Part shown: positions 19,263 to 30,187 of the stretch, piece by piece
How positions within the stretch are numbered: position 1 is the stretch's first letter
Layout of the letters: every line of letters starts with the position of its first letter
Source: Candidatus Oxydemutatoraceae bacterium
Lineage (GTDB): Bacteria; Pseudomonadota; Gammaproteobacteria; Poriferisulfidales; Oxydemutatoraceae
Direction of reading: 5' to 3'
Assembly (NCBI GenBank): GCA_965219575.1
Contig: OZ244779.1
Location: 652,769-716,768, forward strand
Length of the DNA stretch: 64,000 nt
Notes under the pieces: generated by a model
Database searches by the model: none
Seen by the model: the letters and a program-made list of their open reading frames with translations, nothing else
What the model was told of the DNA's origin: nothing
Made by a program: the position numbers and the translations under genes

Positions 19263-21185
19263 TCAGGCAACCGAGGGAATTTTTTCTTTTTTCTTTTTTT
19301 CCGGCTGCCTTTCCCCTAAAGCAAATAACCTAAACAATTCACTCGTTTCGCACAGTGTTTCATAATCACCTTCGGCAGCTATTTTTCTATCGTCCAAAAC
19401 ATAAATCTTATCGCACTGTTTAAGCGACTGCACTCGATGTGTGACTATGATAAGTGTCTTTTGACCTCGCATAACAGAAATTTTCTCCATGATTTCGGCT
19501 TCGGTCGCTGCATCGATAGCACGGGTTGCCTCGTCTAAACATAATACCGGGCGATCTTGATAGATTGCTCTGGCGAGAACTATACGCTGTGCTTGTCCTC
19601 CGGAAATTTTTGTTGCTCTCATTCCGACCGGAGTTTCCAAACCTTCGGGCAATTGCTCAATGACTTGATCGAGCATAGATAGCTTAAGTGCTCTTTCCAA
19701 TAACTGCTGATCTACCTCTTCCTCTTCCAAACCTAGCGTTACATTGTATAAAATAGTCTCCGATATGATATGCGGCTTTTGGATTACATAGTTAATTTGC
19801 CGACGCCAGTTTTTCCGATCGGATAACTCTAATTTCTTCCCGTCTATTAATATACCGCCTTGAGTAGGGATGAGGAGACCGGTAAATAAATCGAGGATGG
19901 TACTTTTCCCCGAACCATTTCTCCCCACTAATCCGATGAATTGCCCTTGTTTTATTTTGAAATTTATGCCTTCCAGCACATACGGGAGTTCCTTCTCTTC
20001 TTTTTCCTCTTCTTTTTTGTCCTTTGCTACCAATACTGCGGTTTCGTAATCCTCCTCTTCATCGTCCGGTGTGTTACCGTGTCGGAAATAGATGTCCTTA
20101 AATTCTATATCTTCTTTGCATATCACCTGAGTGTCGCCGAAATTTGATTTTTGTTTATCGTACTTTAACAAAGTTTTATAGTGCAGTTGGAGCACCAGAA
20201 GCGATTTATATGCATTTGAAGTTTCTGAAATTATCTGTTCTGCGTACGCAGTTGCTCTCGTTGAAAGCAACATAAAAATCATTACAAAACCTGCTAATTC
20301 TTCTTTGGGAAGGGTGTATATAGCCAGCATAATACCTGAAATAAGCCCTAAATATCGCATAATCATAGCTATCATAGTTGATATGCCTTGAAATCTCTCC
20401 TTTTGTTCTTGTTGAGCCTGCTTGTTTTCTTGATTTTTCATATAGCCCTTAAAAAAGAATTGTTCTCTACCCATCAATTTGATCTCTTTAATAGCACCCA
20501 TACTATCCTTTAATGCTTGTGTGTCCTTGCTCATGGCTAAAGTGGCCTCATTGATCAAACGATCCATCTTAGGTTGAATGACAAAAGCCAATAGACAAAT
20601 AGCCGTGATACTCACTACGATACTAGTAAGCCCGGGTAAAGGATATATATAGATCAAAATAAAAGCCAATAAGAAAAACATGCTGATACTTAAGACGCAT
20701 ATAATTGCGCTATTCAACATTTTTGCCAAAGCACCGCATCCGGACTGTATTTTATTCATCGGATTAGCATAGCTGAATATATCTGCCTCGAGGTAATTAT
20801 TAAACAGTTTATTTGCTAATACGTTGCTTTGCTTATTCAAAAAGTTAGTGGTATATTTTTTTATATATCTAGTCATCAAAGCCTGTATACCGAATAATAA
20901 TAATGCAGCCAACACAACAAAAGTTATCAGCATGGTTGTTTCGGTATTTGCTATCAGATTATCCAAGTAATTTGCAAAGTCTTCCGGAAGCAATCTTTTC
21001 ATTCTTTTGGGCAAGCCTTCACTTTGTTTATGAGGTCGGGCCACTACTCGTATAAGCGGCATGATGAGCAACAGAGGTATTATCTGAAACAACCCGGAGA
21101 TTATAAGTGCCCCCGCAAGATAGTTTATCTTAAGTATGACACGACGCCCCAATAGCTGAATAGTTTGAATAATTACTTGAATCAA
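19263..21185 (-). CDS. ABC exporter, fused permease and ATPase
   Basis: N-terminal TM helices, GRNGSGKST, ISGGQAQR, LDEAT, H-loop. Confidence 0.92.
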   Translation of the reverse strand: MIQVIIQTIQLLGRRVILKINYLAGALIISGLFQIIPLLLIMPLIRVVARPHKQSEGLPKRMKRLLPEDFANYLDNLIANTETTMLITFVVLAALLLFGIQALMTRYIKKYTTNFLNKQSNVLANKLFNNYLEADIFSYANPMNKIQSGCGALAKMLNSAIICVLSISMFFLLAFILIYIYPLPGLTSIVVSITAICLLAFVIQPKMDRLINEATLAMSKDTQALKDSMGAIKEIKLMGREQFFFKGYMKNQENKQAQQEQKERFQGISTMIAMIMRYLGLISGIMLAIYTLPKEELAGFVMIFMLLSTRATAYAEQIISETSNAYKSLLVLQLHYKTLLKYDKQKSNFGDTQVICKEDIEFKDIYFRHGNTPDDEEEDYETAVLVAKDKKEEEKEEKELPYVLEGINFKIKQGQFIGLVGRNGSGKSTILDLFTGLLIPTQGGILIDGKKLELSDRKNWRRQINYVIQKPHIISETILYNVTLGLEEEEVDQQLLERALKLSMLDQVIEQLPEGLETPVGMRATKISGGQAQRIVLARAIYQDRPVLCLDEATRAIDAATEAEIMEKISVMRGQKTLIIVTHRVQSLKQCDKIYVLDDRKIAAEGDYETLCETSELFRLFALGERQPEKKKKEKIPSVA

Positions 21186-21238
21186 AATTAATTCCTCGTC
21201 GTATAGTTAGTTTTACAAGCTACTTATTCTACTATAAG

Positions 21239-22258
21239 CTAGGGTTCTATGGGATGGCACAAATCGGATAGTTGCCAACGCGGTTTGACTTGTGGCAACA
21301 AATCCGCTTGTTGCCCGGCCAAAAATCGCACCATGCCGGCATAGGCGACCATCACACCGTTATCCATACACAAATCGGGTTTAGGATAGACAACCTGAAC
21401 GGCATCTTTCGCCAGTTCTTTTAACCTGCTGCGCAGCCGACAGTTTGCCGCAACACCGCCGGCAACCACAAATTGTTTATGTTCTGTTTGCTCTAATGCT
21501 CGCTTGCTTTTCACGATGAGTGCGTTAATTGCAGCGGTCTCAAAAGCCAGTGCGATATCGGCGCGTGTCTGTTCGTCATTTGCGCATTTTGCAACATGAT
21601 TCATCACTTGTGTTTTCAACCCGCTAAAACTAAAATCCAAACCCGGTCTATCCACCATAGGGCTGGTGAACTTAAAACGTCCCGATACGCCCTCCTCGGC
21701 AAGTTTGGAGATTGCCGGCCCGCCCGGGTAGGGCAAGCCCAACATCTTGGCAACTTTATCGAATGCTTCTCCTACGGCATCATCTAAAGTATCGCCTAAC
21801 AATCGGTATTTTCCCAAACCTAGTACCTCTATCAACTGGGTGTGTCCGCCCGACACCAACAATGCCGAATAAGGAGGTTGTAAGGAAGGCATTTCCAGCA
21901 TACAAGCGAGTATATGCGCTTCTAAGTGATGTATGCCCAGTGCCGGCTTTTTTAATGACCATGCCAAACTATGTCCGAATACTGCGCCGGTGAGTAATGC
22001 GCCTATCAAACCGGGACCTGCGGTATAAGCAATCGCATCAAGCTGTTCGATACGATAATCACCTAAGGCTTTCTCCAACAGCGGCAATAATTTACGCACA
22101 TGATCTCTGGATGCGAGTTCGGGAACGACCCCGCCGTAAGATTGATGCAGAGGGACTTGACTAAAAAGAGCCTCTCCCACCACGCCCGATTGCGAGTCGA
22201 CTAAACCTATACCGGTTTCGTCGCAAGAGGTCTCTATACCTAAAACCAAGGCTCCCAT
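21239..22258 (-). CDS. tsaD: tRNA threonylcarbamoyltransferase TsaD
   Basis: LGIETSCDETG, GGVVPELASRDH, HHLEAH, VSGGHT. Confidence 0.98.
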   Translation of the reverse strand: MGALVLGIETSCDETGIGLVDSQSGVVGEALFSQVPLHQSYGGVVPELASRDHVRKLLPLLEKALGDYRIEQLDAIAYTAGPGLIGALLTGAVFGHSLAWSLKKPALGIHHLEAHILACMLEMPSLQPPYSALLVSGGHTQLIEVLGLGKYRLLGDTLDDAVGEAFDKVAKMLGLPYPGGPAISKLAEEGVSGRFKFTSPMVDRPGLDFSFSGLKTQVMNHVAKCANDEQTRADIALAFETAAINALIVKSKRALEQTEHKQFVVAGGVAANCRLRSRLKELAKDAVQVVYPKPDLCMDNGVMVAYAGMVRFLAGQQADLLPQVKPRWQLSDLCHPIEP

Positions 22259-22269
22259 CTAGGCGCAAT

Positions 22270-22827
22270 TTAGTACAATGCCCGAATTACATTGAGCAAT
22301 ATATACAGTGCCAACAACACAACCATCGGGCTAAAATCCACCACGCTTACGCTAGGCATCAGACGCCTAACCGGTGCTATCAGCGGTGCGACAACATGGT
22401 TGAGCAACGACAGGGCGGGGTTTTGTATCATCGTCGTAGGTCTCACAAACCAGCTCGCAATCGCTAAAACGAAAATCGCAATCGCATAGAATTGAATCAA
22501 CCATTCTACAACCTGAAAAGCACCTACCTTCAGTAACAGATCCACAGGCCAAGAGACACCTTGTATCAGCGCAATCAAAAAGAGTTCGGATACCCGCATA
22601 ACATAGATCAATAACCAGCAGCCTATATCCCAGGTTCCTTTCACCGGTATCACAAACCTGATCAACCTCAGTACCGGCTGAGTTATCGTATAAACATTTT
22701 GCGATATCGGGTTGTAAAAATCCGCTTCGCTCGCTTCCAGTATTGCTCGGGCGATCAAAAAGAGAATATACAAGGTCATCACCGTATCGACCAAAAACAA
22801 AGCGATTTGCTGTGCGCCACTCATCAC
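22270..22827 (-). CDS. YggT family membrane protein
   Basis: ADFYNPISQ and DFSPMV motifs; next to proC. Confidence 0.9.
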   Translation of the reverse strand: MMSGAQQIALFLVDTVMTLYILFLIARAILEASEADFYNPISQNVYTITQPVLRLIRFVIPVKGTWDIGCWLLIYVMRVSELFLIALIQGVSWPVDLLLKVGAFQVVEWLIQFYAIAIFVLAIASWFVRPTTMIQNPALSLLNHVVAPLIAPVRRLMPSVSVVDFSPMVVLLALYILLNVIRALY

Positions 22828-23663
22828 GAGTCCTCCAGTTGATCTGATATCTCGTTGGAACGCAACGCTGCCGCAGTTAGTACCGAGTGCGCAATTTGAT
22901 CTATGTTCACTTGTTCTAAAACTTGCAAGCCTCGCTCGGTAGTCCCGCCTTTAGAAGTGATCTGCTTTCTCAATACCGACAAAGCACCATGGTTTTTCGA
23001 GGCAAGCGTCGCAGCACCGTATAGAGTTTGTACTGCCAGCTTTTGAGCTATTTCCGGCAAGCAACCCAATTCCTTTGCAGCTTTCTCGAAGGCTTCGGTA
23101 AATCTAAAAAAATAAGCGGGGCCACTACCCGAGAGCGCAGTGACGATGTGCATATCTTTTTCATTTTCCAACCAAACGGTAGAACCTACCGTAGCAAAAA
23201 TGTCCTCGCTCAACTTTTTATGCATATCGGAAACATTTTGATTGGCATAGAGCGCGGTCATCCCGCAACCTACCGCAGACGGCGTATTAGGCATGCAGCG
23301 TACGATAGGCTGTGTGTTCGCAGTCCACCTTTGCAATAAATCCACCGACACACCGGCAGCAACCGAAACCAACAACACCGATTGCCTCGTCAACGCATCT
23401 TTAATCTCTCCACACACCACCGGCACGACATCGGGCTTCACACATAAAATGGCTATCGTCGCATCTTCGATCGCCGACGGATTAGAGGTGTAGGTGTGTG
23501 TTGCGTCGTTCTGCTCGTTGATCTCCGACAATTTAGAGGTTATCGGATCCGATATGCGTATATTACCGGCTTCGTATCCGGCGGCGAGCAAGCCCTTCAA
23601 CAGGCTATGTGCGATATTGCCGTAGCCGATTAACGCAATCGGTGTTATCGTTCGGTCGGTCAC
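22824..23663 (-). CDS. proC: Pyrroline-5-carboxylate reductase
   Basis: IGYGN, RCMPNTP, SGSGPAYFF, TSKGGTT. Confidence 0.97.
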   Translation of the reverse strand: MTDRTITPIALIGYGNIAHSLLKGLLAAGYEAGNIRISDPITSKLSEINEQNDATHTYTSNPSAIEDATIAILCVKPDVVPVVCGEIKDALTRQSVLLVSVAAGVSVDLLQRWTANTQPIVRCMPNTPSAVGCGMTALYANQNVSDMHKKLSEDIFATVGSTVWLENEKDMHIVTALSGSGPAYFFRFTEAFEKAAKELGCLPEIAQKLAVQTLYGAATLASKNHGALSVLRKQITSKGGTTERGLQVLEQVNIDQIAHSVLTAAALRSNEISDQLEDS

Positions 23664-23665
23664 CT

Positions 23666-24334
23666 TTAATCTCGTATCAAGTTGCCTTGCATATTGGAAG
23701 CTGCCAATCGCTGCTCGAATACATGTCGTACGGAATACGGTAATGCTTTGATTTTGACAACCTGCTCCAGAACATCGTAATTTTGTTTGTCTATAAAATA
23801 AAGATGTGCGATTTGGTGTACGCTAATACGCTCGGGCGTGCGACGCACAAACACGATTTCTTCACCGGCTACCAAAGTACCACCTTTAATAATCCTTGCA
23901 TAACTGCCTAGTTTACAACTTTGTGCGAAAGTTTTAGAAAAACCGTCGTGTTGCACACTCATATCGAGCTTATAACAAGGGATGCGCGGCTGCGTTATTT
24001 CAACGACGGCATCGGCAATGCCGAGACGATCTCCGACACACAGCTCGGTTTCAAACAAACCTTCGGCGGTCAAGTTCTCGCCCAAGGTGCCGTATGCCAG
24101 CTGCTTATTCAAATGTTTCTCCCAAGTTTTATAGTGTTCGGACGGGTAAATATAAACGCCTTTGGCCTGCCCGCCGTGATTACGAAGATCGGCTTGCCGG
24201 TCACCGTCCAAACCCTGTATTCCCAGCGAGACGGCACCGGTGACCGGCTGCTTGCGAATACTACTTCGAACGCAACGCTTTTTATAAACCAACGGCACCG
24301 GTTTCGATACATTAATGGATAAGATACGGCTCAT
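23666..24334 (-). CDS. MOSC domain protein (YiiM-like)
   Basis: GD.QAD...HGG, GENL, QPRIPCYKL. Confidence 0.92.
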   Translation of the reverse strand: MSRILSINVSKPVPLVYKKRCVRSSIRKQPVTGAVSLGIQGLDGDRQADLRNHGGQAKGVYIYPSEHYKTWEKHLNKQLAYGTLGENLTAEGLFETELCVGDRLGIADAVVEITQPRIPCYKLDMSVQHDGFSKTFAQSCKLGSYARIIKGGTLVAGEEIVFVRRTPERISVHQIAHLYFIDKQNYDVLEQVVKIKALPYSVRHVFEQRLAASNMQGNLIRD

Positions 24335-24840
24335 TGCACTCGTCTATAACTTGTAACAAACGCAAATAATACCAGCACCAACAAAACAATAAAAAACAAT
24401 AATGTTTGTTGTGGTATCGTTAACCCCAGAAAAGTCCAGCTAATATCGGCACATTCTCCGGTGCTATTGAAAATTGTCTCCAGTGCCTCGAACAACGGGA
24501 AACGGTCGAATAGATATCCCATATCGGGGGTGCAACCGGGAACAAGTTCGGGTGGCAAACTCTGCAACCAGATATGTCTGGCGGAGACGGCAATGCCTGC
24601 CCCAATCAGTAGTACGGATAGACCTGCATACAGTCTATATCCTAAAACACCGGGGTTGTGTAGCACGATCAGTAAAAACAACAATGCGAGTGCGGCGACT
24701 ATATAACGACTGATAAGGCACAACGGACACGGTTCGAGGTTGAGGTATCCTTGCATGAAAAAAACCGAAATCATCAGTGCCAGCAGGCACAAAATCCAAG
24801 CTGTCAAATAAATAGTTCGGTTATCGCTTAAATGTAACAT
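24331..24840 (-). CDS. dsbB: Disulfide bond formation protein B
   Basis: PCPLC and second Cys pair, four TM helices. Confidence 0.95.
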   Translation of the reverse strand: MLHLSDNRTIYLTAWILCLLALMISVFFMQGYLNLEPCPLCLISRYIVAALALLFLLIVLHNPGVLGYRLYAGLSVLLIGAGIAVSARHIWLQSLPPELVPGCTPDMGYLFDRFPLFEALETIFNSTGECADISWTFLGLTIPQQTLLFFIVLLVLVLFAFVTSYRRVQ

Positions 24841-24968
24841 GAAAAATATAAGTGCCGATTAGTCACCCGTGCAGAACTAAAATAGCATAAAACCGGAGAG
24901 TTTTATATAAAAAAATCAATAGAACTGCCTCCTGTGAATACTTGCGTGGAATACATTGGGTGGGCATG

Positions 24969-26282
24969 CTAATCGGAGATATACGGGTTCGGGGTTCTGC
25001 GAAATTCTAAAGAAATGGGTGTGCCTTTGAGCTTAAAACAACGTCGGATATAAGCGGCTAAATAACGTTTGTAATGTTGCGGTAGACAGTCCACTCTGCC
25101 ACCCGAAATAACAAAACGCGGGGGTAATTTATCGACTTGGCAAATATAACGAGGTTTGATCTGTCGATTTTTCACCAGTGGTGGCGAGTGTCGAGCGAGT
25201 GCCGCCTTCAAGACGCGATTACACTCGGCTGTGGAGATTTTAATGCAAGCATTGCGATAAGCCCTCACCACCGCTTTCATCGCCGCCGATAAGCCGGTGC
25301 CTTTCAACGCCGAGATGCGATAGTGTTCTATATAATCCAAAAAACGCAGCTTCGTGTCCAAGCTACGCTTAAGATCGGTTTTATTATCGGTACTTAGCAA
25401 GTCATATTTATTTAATGCGATCACGAGTGCACAACCGTGCGCTATCGCGTGCATCGAGAGATGTGCGTCCTGGTCGGTGACACCCTCGGCGGCATCGCAG
25501 ACTAATAACGCAACATCACCCATCACGATATGCTCAAAAGATTGTGCGACACTGAACTTTTCAACATCGTCTTTGAGCTTGCTTCGCCGCCGTATACCGG
25601 CGGTATCCACCAAAGAAAAACTTTTTCCGTTAAAAGAAAAAGGCACACTGATTGCGCTACGCGTCGTTCCGGGTGTCGACGAGGTCAATATGCGTTGCTC
25701 CTTAATCAAGGTATTGACAAGTGTAGATTTTCCGACATTGGGACGACCGATAATGGCAAGATGTATGCGACCGGGGTCGCTCTTTTTCGGCAAAGGTTCG
25801 CCCAACTCAGTGGCGATTGCCTCGAGCAGTATCCGTGTCCCACGACCCCTGGTAGCAGCCGTATAAAAACAACGCGGTATGCCCAGCGACAGAAATTCAC
25901 TTCGGTAATACGCCTCGCTTTGCTTGTCTATTTTATTGACTACCAACCATAAGCCTTTGCCTGTTTTGTGCATCTGCGTTGCCAAAGATTGATCGAGCGG
26001 CGTTAAACCGTGTGTGGCATCGACAATCAATGCAACGGCATCGGCTTCGGCTATAGCACGCTGCGTTTGTGCTGCAATCAGCCGATCTATCTCGTTCTCA
26101 TCGGCAAGACCACCGGTGTCTATGATAATGCAACTAAGGCCTTCGTGTTCTACTACGCCGTATTGACGATCTCTCGTTAACCCGGGACTGGCTGCTACGA
26201 TTGCGTCGCGCTTATAAGATAGGGCATTGAATAAAGACGACTTGCCGACATTGGGGCGTCCTACCAAAGCCAACTTTTTCAT
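24969..26282 (-). CDS. der: Ribosome biogenesis GTPase Der
   Basis: Two GRPNVGKS domains plus KH domain; ORF-track N-terminal extension lies in the repeat. Confidence 0.97.
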   Translation of the reverse strand: MKKLALVGRPNVGKSSLFNALSYKRDAIVAASPGLTRDRQYGVVEHEGLSCIIIDTGGLADENEIDRLIAAQTQRAIAEADAVALIVDATHGLTPLDQSLATQMHKTGKGLWLVVNKIDKQSEAYYRSEFLSLGIPRCFYTAATRGRGTRILLEAIATELGEPLPKKSDPGRIHLAIIGRPNVGKSTLVNTLIKEQRILTSSTPGTTRSAISVPFSFNGKSFSLVDTAGIRRRSKLKDDVEKFSVAQSFEHIVMGDVALLVCDAAEGVTDQDAHLSMHAIAHGCALVIALNKYDLLSTDNKTDLKRSLDTKLRFLDYIEHYRISALKGTGLSAAMKAVVRAYRNACIKISTAECNRVLKAALARHSPPLVKNRQIKPRYICQVDKLPPRFVISGGRVDCLPQHYKRYLAAYIRRCFKLKGTPISLEFRRTPNPYISD

Positions 26283-26291
26283 CGCACACAT

Positions 26292-26558
26292 AGGGCTGTT
26301 GAAAAAGTAGCGTTCTGCACGAAACCAACCGCTGTGCGCCGCATAATTATCCAACCCACCTGTAGGGGCAGACTTATATGTCTGCCCTTAAGTACCATTC
26401 TGCACAGCCGTAACCGCTTGCGCCGGATGGTTTTGGTTTTCATACATTGGATGAATGAATGTATAAATTGTGCGGATATAACGCATTACGAGCGGACACG
26501 CCGTAGAGCGGACTGATATGTCCACTCCCTCTACAGTGTATAAAATATTTTTTCATCT
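26292..26558. mobile_element. Modular MITE copy 4 (right TIR eroded), between bamB and der
   Basis: agggctgttgaaaaag left end and the shared internal modules. Confidence 0.8.
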
Positions 26559-26565
26559 CACACTT

Positions 26566-27747
26566 TTAGTTTTTGCGGTAGCCTTTCACATGAAGTGCGG
26601 TCAAATCACCGCTTTTATCGAAAGCGATCAGCTTCCCATTTGCAAAAGACACCAACGACACAATCGGTGAACCACCGACATCGCTCATATCCAGCACTTC
26701 TCCGCTTTTGTGTGATAGCCAGTAAATATCGCCGCGATCGCTCCCGACTGCAACCAGCGCACCTACCGACAGCGGCGCACTCAACTCGGTATCCAGCAAT
26801 CGAGTGTTAGACCATAGTCTGTCACCGGTTTGACGGTCGTGCGCTACGACTTGGTTTTCCGGTGTGGTCGCATAAACACCTTTGCGCCCTACATCGAGTC
26901 CCACATGAGAAGGCGCATCTGCCAACCACAACAATCTATTGTCCCGGAGATCTAAAGCGATCGCACGCCCCTGGTACGCCGTAGCAAAAAAAATATCGTC
27001 GTATATCAACATACGACCGTCTACATCGACGATACGATCCAAATCGGATTCACCCGAACTTACACCGAGCTTGAGTTGATTCAATACCTTACCGTCGTCC
27101 AATGCAAGTGCCAATATCTGCCCGTCGTCCAAACCTAGAAAGGTCACATCTTCAAAAAACACCGGAATACTTGTGCCTTTAATCGTTAGCGGTGGGGGCG
27201 GGTCTTTGCGTCGCCAAAGCGGCCTACCGTCGTCGCTGCGAAAAGCAAAAGTCGTGTTGTCTTCGGTACGCACAATCACGGTATTTTTGTAATTCTCGGA
27301 AATCACCAAAGCCTTGCTACCCAAACCGCGCCGCCATAATATTTCTTTAGAATCTTCGGCAACGGCTAAGACTTCACCTTTATTCGTACCGATTAGCAAT
27401 ATGCCGTCGCCACCACCAATGCCGGCAACCAGTTCCTCTCGCACGACCGCACTCCAGACGCGTTTGCCTTCGTTCAAATCAAATGCCACGAGTTTGCCGC
27501 CCGGCCCGCAAACATAAATCCGATCGCCTTCCAATAACGGAGTGAAAAACAAATAGTCGTCTTCAAAGCTGCCCACCGCGGAAACCGACCACAGAGTATT
27601 CACGACGAGAAAAGACGGAACATCATCTAAATAACGATCTTCTTTGCCCATGAGCGCATTGGTGATGGTAGAACAAGCACTCAATAAGAGCGAAACGCAT
27701 GCGACGAGGACACTTGCGGTGGGTATCGTAATTGGATGGAAAAACAT
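26566..27747 (-). CDS. bamB: Outer membrane assembly lipoprotein BamB
   Basis: Lipobox LSAC, PQQ-like propeller repeats, DRIVDVD; conserved position. Confidence 0.9.
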   Translation of the reverse strand: MFFHPITIPTASVLVACVSLLLSACSTITNALMGKEDRYLDDVPSFLVVNTLWSVSAVGSFEDDYLFFTPLLEGDRIYVCGPGGKLVAFDLNEGKRVWSAVVREELVAGIGGGDGILLIGTNKGEVLAVAEDSKEILWRRGLGSKALVISENYKNTVIVRTEDNTTFAFRSDDGRPLWRRKDPPPPLTIKGTSIPVFFEDVTFLGLDDGQILALALDDGKVLNQLKLGVSSGESDLDRIVDVDGRMLIYDDIFFATAYQGRAIALDLRDNRLLWLADAPSHVGLDVGRKGVYATTPENQVVAHDRQTGDRLWSNTRLLDTELSAPLSVGALVAVGSDRGDIYWLSHKSGEVLDMSDVGGSPIVSLVSFANGKLIAFDKSGDLTALHVKGYRKN

Positions 27748-27752
27748 GTTAT

Positions 27753-28021
27753 GGGGCTGTTGAAAAAATATCCACGAACCGTAGGGGCGGACTAGCATGT
27801 CCGCCCGTAGCGCGTTGGTCGGCACGATTTATACATTCATCCACCCGATTTATGGAAACCAAAACCATACAGCGCAAGCGGTTCCGGTTATTCTGGACGC
27901 TACTTAAGGGCAGACATAGTAGGGGCGGACTAACATGTCCGCCCACCCCTACAGGTGGTTTGCAAATATTCACGGCGCAAGCGGTTGCAATTGTGCGAAA
28001 CAGCACTTTTTCAACAGCCCC
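27753..28021. mobile_element. Modular MITE copy 5
   Basis: Perfect TIRs, 5-bp TSD GTTAT; extra REP-like hairpin at 28048-28073. Confidence 0.9.
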
Positions 28022-28119
28022 GTTATTAGTGCAAGTACTAGACTTAAGGGCGGACATATAAGTCCGCCCCTACATTTCGTAATTTACATCGTGGTTTCAC
28101 AAACAACATTATAGTATCG

Positions 28120-28860
28120 TTATCCTTCGTCTTCACCCTCTTCGTCTTCGTCCTCGGGTGGTTTTAATGTGCCGCCGATCTCCTCTATCTTCATCATAAC
28201 AAAGTTATAATCGTCAACCATGGAGGTGGAAACGGCTCTTTGATAGGCATCTTGCGCTTGTTCATAATTACCCCGACGGGCTAAATAATCGCCGTGAACC
28301 TCCGAGGCAAGTTCCTCTATACCACGCGGGAAAATGTAGTTGACGACAATTTCTCGGGCTTCGTCGGTTTGCTCTAATTCCATTAGTACACGCGCCAAAC
28401 GAACCCACGCCAGCGATCTGAGTTCTTCGTGTTGCGAATTCTCCGCAACCCATCTTAGGTCTGCCGTAGCCTCCTCCAGTTGCTCTTGTTCAACCTTGAA
28501 TTTTGCCATCGCAAACGAAGCAAAAGCGGCGTAGGCGGTCGTGGCGTATTCGTCGCGAAGCGTACTCAACTCTTGATTTGCATCTTGCGCGTCCTCCAGT
28601 GCAATATAATCGAGCATTTCCTCATAATGCATTGCAGCTTCGGTCTCTCGGGTTTCGGTATAGTAGTCCCAACCTTTCCAACCGGCGATAGCCATGATGC
28701 CCAGTACGGCACCGGCAATAAAATACTTGCCGTTATCGTGCCACCATTCCGAAAGCATTTCCTTGCTTTCGTCTCCCGATTGAACCCTCGGTGTTTTCGG
28801 TGTTCTGCTCGGTGTTTTTTGTATCCCGGCGGATTGCTTTGCTTGTTTCTTTTTTGCCAT
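28120..28860 (-). CDS. yfgM: YfgM family TPR membrane protein
   Basis: WW..NG, single TM, RLARV; between hisS and bamB. Confidence 0.88.
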   Translation of the reverse strand: MAKKKQAKQSAGIQKTPSRTPKTPRVQSGDESKEMLSEWWHDNGKYFIAGAVLGIMAIAGWKGWDYYTETRETEAAMHYEEMLDYIALEDAQDANQELSTLRDEYATTAYAAFASFAMAKFKVEQEQLEEATADLRWVAENSQHEELRSLAWVRLARVLMELEQTDEAREIVVNYIFPRGIEELASEVHGDYLARRGNYEQAQDAYQRAVSTSMVDDYNFVMMKIEEIGGTLKPPEDEDEEGEDEG

Positions 28861-28901
28861 GTTTTAATCTCTATCAGTACTAAATCGGTTTAATAAATCG
28901 T

Positions 28902-30179
28902 CTATTTAAGAGGAAAATACCTTTGAATAAAAGAAAACAACTCGCTTTCTGTGCATTTTGCTTGTCCCTCATCTCCTCTTAAATCCTTAATTGCAACGGT
29001 TCCCGTGCTTACTTCGTCTTCCCCTAGAATTATTGCGAAGCTAGCTCCCGACTTGTCCGCCCGCTTGAGCTGAGCTTTGAAACTGCCACCACCGCAATTA
29101 TCTATGAACACCAGTTCGGTAGGCAAAAGTTCGCGGATTCTATCCGACAACATACATGCCCTACGTTCGGCTTTCTCACCCACCGCAACCATATAAATAT
29201 CGGCACCGAGGAATTCGTCGTCGTGCCGATCTTCCAGTAGCAACGCAAGACGCTCTATGCCCAAGGCGAAACCCGCCGCCGGTGTTTGCTTGCCGCCCAA
29301 CAAAGCGACGAGACCGTCATAACGACCACCTGCACAAACAGTGTTTTGTTGTCCGACATCTTCCGGGACGATCCATTCAAACACCGTCTTATTATAATAG
29401 TCTAAACCGCGAACTAAAAAGGGGTCGTGTTGATACGCTATACCTTTATCTTCCAGCATTGATTTCAGCTTCTCTAAGTGCAGGCGTGAACCATCGTCTA
29501 TATATTCGGATAATTGCGGTGCATCCTCCAGCAACTTCTGTGTCTCCTCATTTTTACTATCGAGTATACGCAGAGGATTCACTTTCAACCGTTTGCGCGA
29601 ATCGTCGTCGAGCCGATCCTCACGGGGTTCGAGCCATTCTACCAACGCCTCGGTGTAGCTTTGTCTAGCTTCCGATCCGCCCAAGGAATTAATCTTTAAG
29701 CATAAATTATCCACTTGCAGACTCTCGAATATCCGACTACAAACGGCAATCAACTCACAATCTATATCGGGACCTTCCATCATAAAGGTTTCTGCGCCGA
29801 CTTGATGGAATTGTCTGAGCCGCCCCTTTTGCGGACGCTCGTGGCGGAAGAACGGACCTACATACCACAACCGTTGCTGCGTAGAAACCAAACCGTGTTC
29901 CAGTGCGGCACGCACGCAACCCGCAGTGCCTTCCGGTCGCAATGTCAACGAATCCCCGTTGCGATCCTCGAAGGTGTACATCTCTTTGGTGACGATGTCG
30001 GTATGGTCGCCTATAGAACGCGCATAAAGCTCGGTCTTCTCGAGCAGCGGTAACCGTATTTCCGCATACCCGAAAGAACGCAGTATCCCGATACTGCACA
30101 TCTCTATAGTTCGGAATAACATGCTCTGCTCGGCTAAAGCATCGTGCATGCCGCGAATAGATTTTATTGAAACTGTCAC
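28902..30179 (-). CDS. hisS: Histidine--tRNA ligase
   Basis: LRPEGTA, FRHERPQKGR, LVRGLDYY, GGRYD. Confidence 0.98.
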   Translation of the reverse strand: MTVSIKSIRGMHDALAEQSMLFRTIEMCSIGILRSFGYAEIRLPLLEKTELYARSIGDHTDIVTKEMYTFEDRNGDSLTLRPEGTAGCVRAALEHGLVSTQQRLWYVGPFFRHERPQKGRLRQFHQVGAETFMMEGPDIDCELIAVCSRIFESLQVDNLCLKINSLGGSEARQSYTEALVEWLEPREDRLDDDSRKRLKVNPLRILDSKNEETQKLLEDAPQLSEYIDDGSRLHLEKLKSMLEDKGIAYQHDPFLVRGLDYYNKTVFEWIVPEDVGQQNTVCAGGRYDGLVALLGGKQTPAAGFALGIERLALLLEDRHDDEFLGADIYMVAVGEKAERRACMLSDRIRELLPTELVFIDNCGGGSFKAQLKRADKSGASFAIILGEDEVSTGTVAIKDLRGDEGQAKCTESELFSFIQRYFPLK

Positions 30180-30187
30180 GCCGGTCT

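Noticed and set aside
26283-26354. N-terminal extensions of der, bamB (27748-27825), the aspartic protease (14211-14333) and LmuA (41837-41911)
   Set aside because: They lie in repeats or upstream DNA before the conserved family start.
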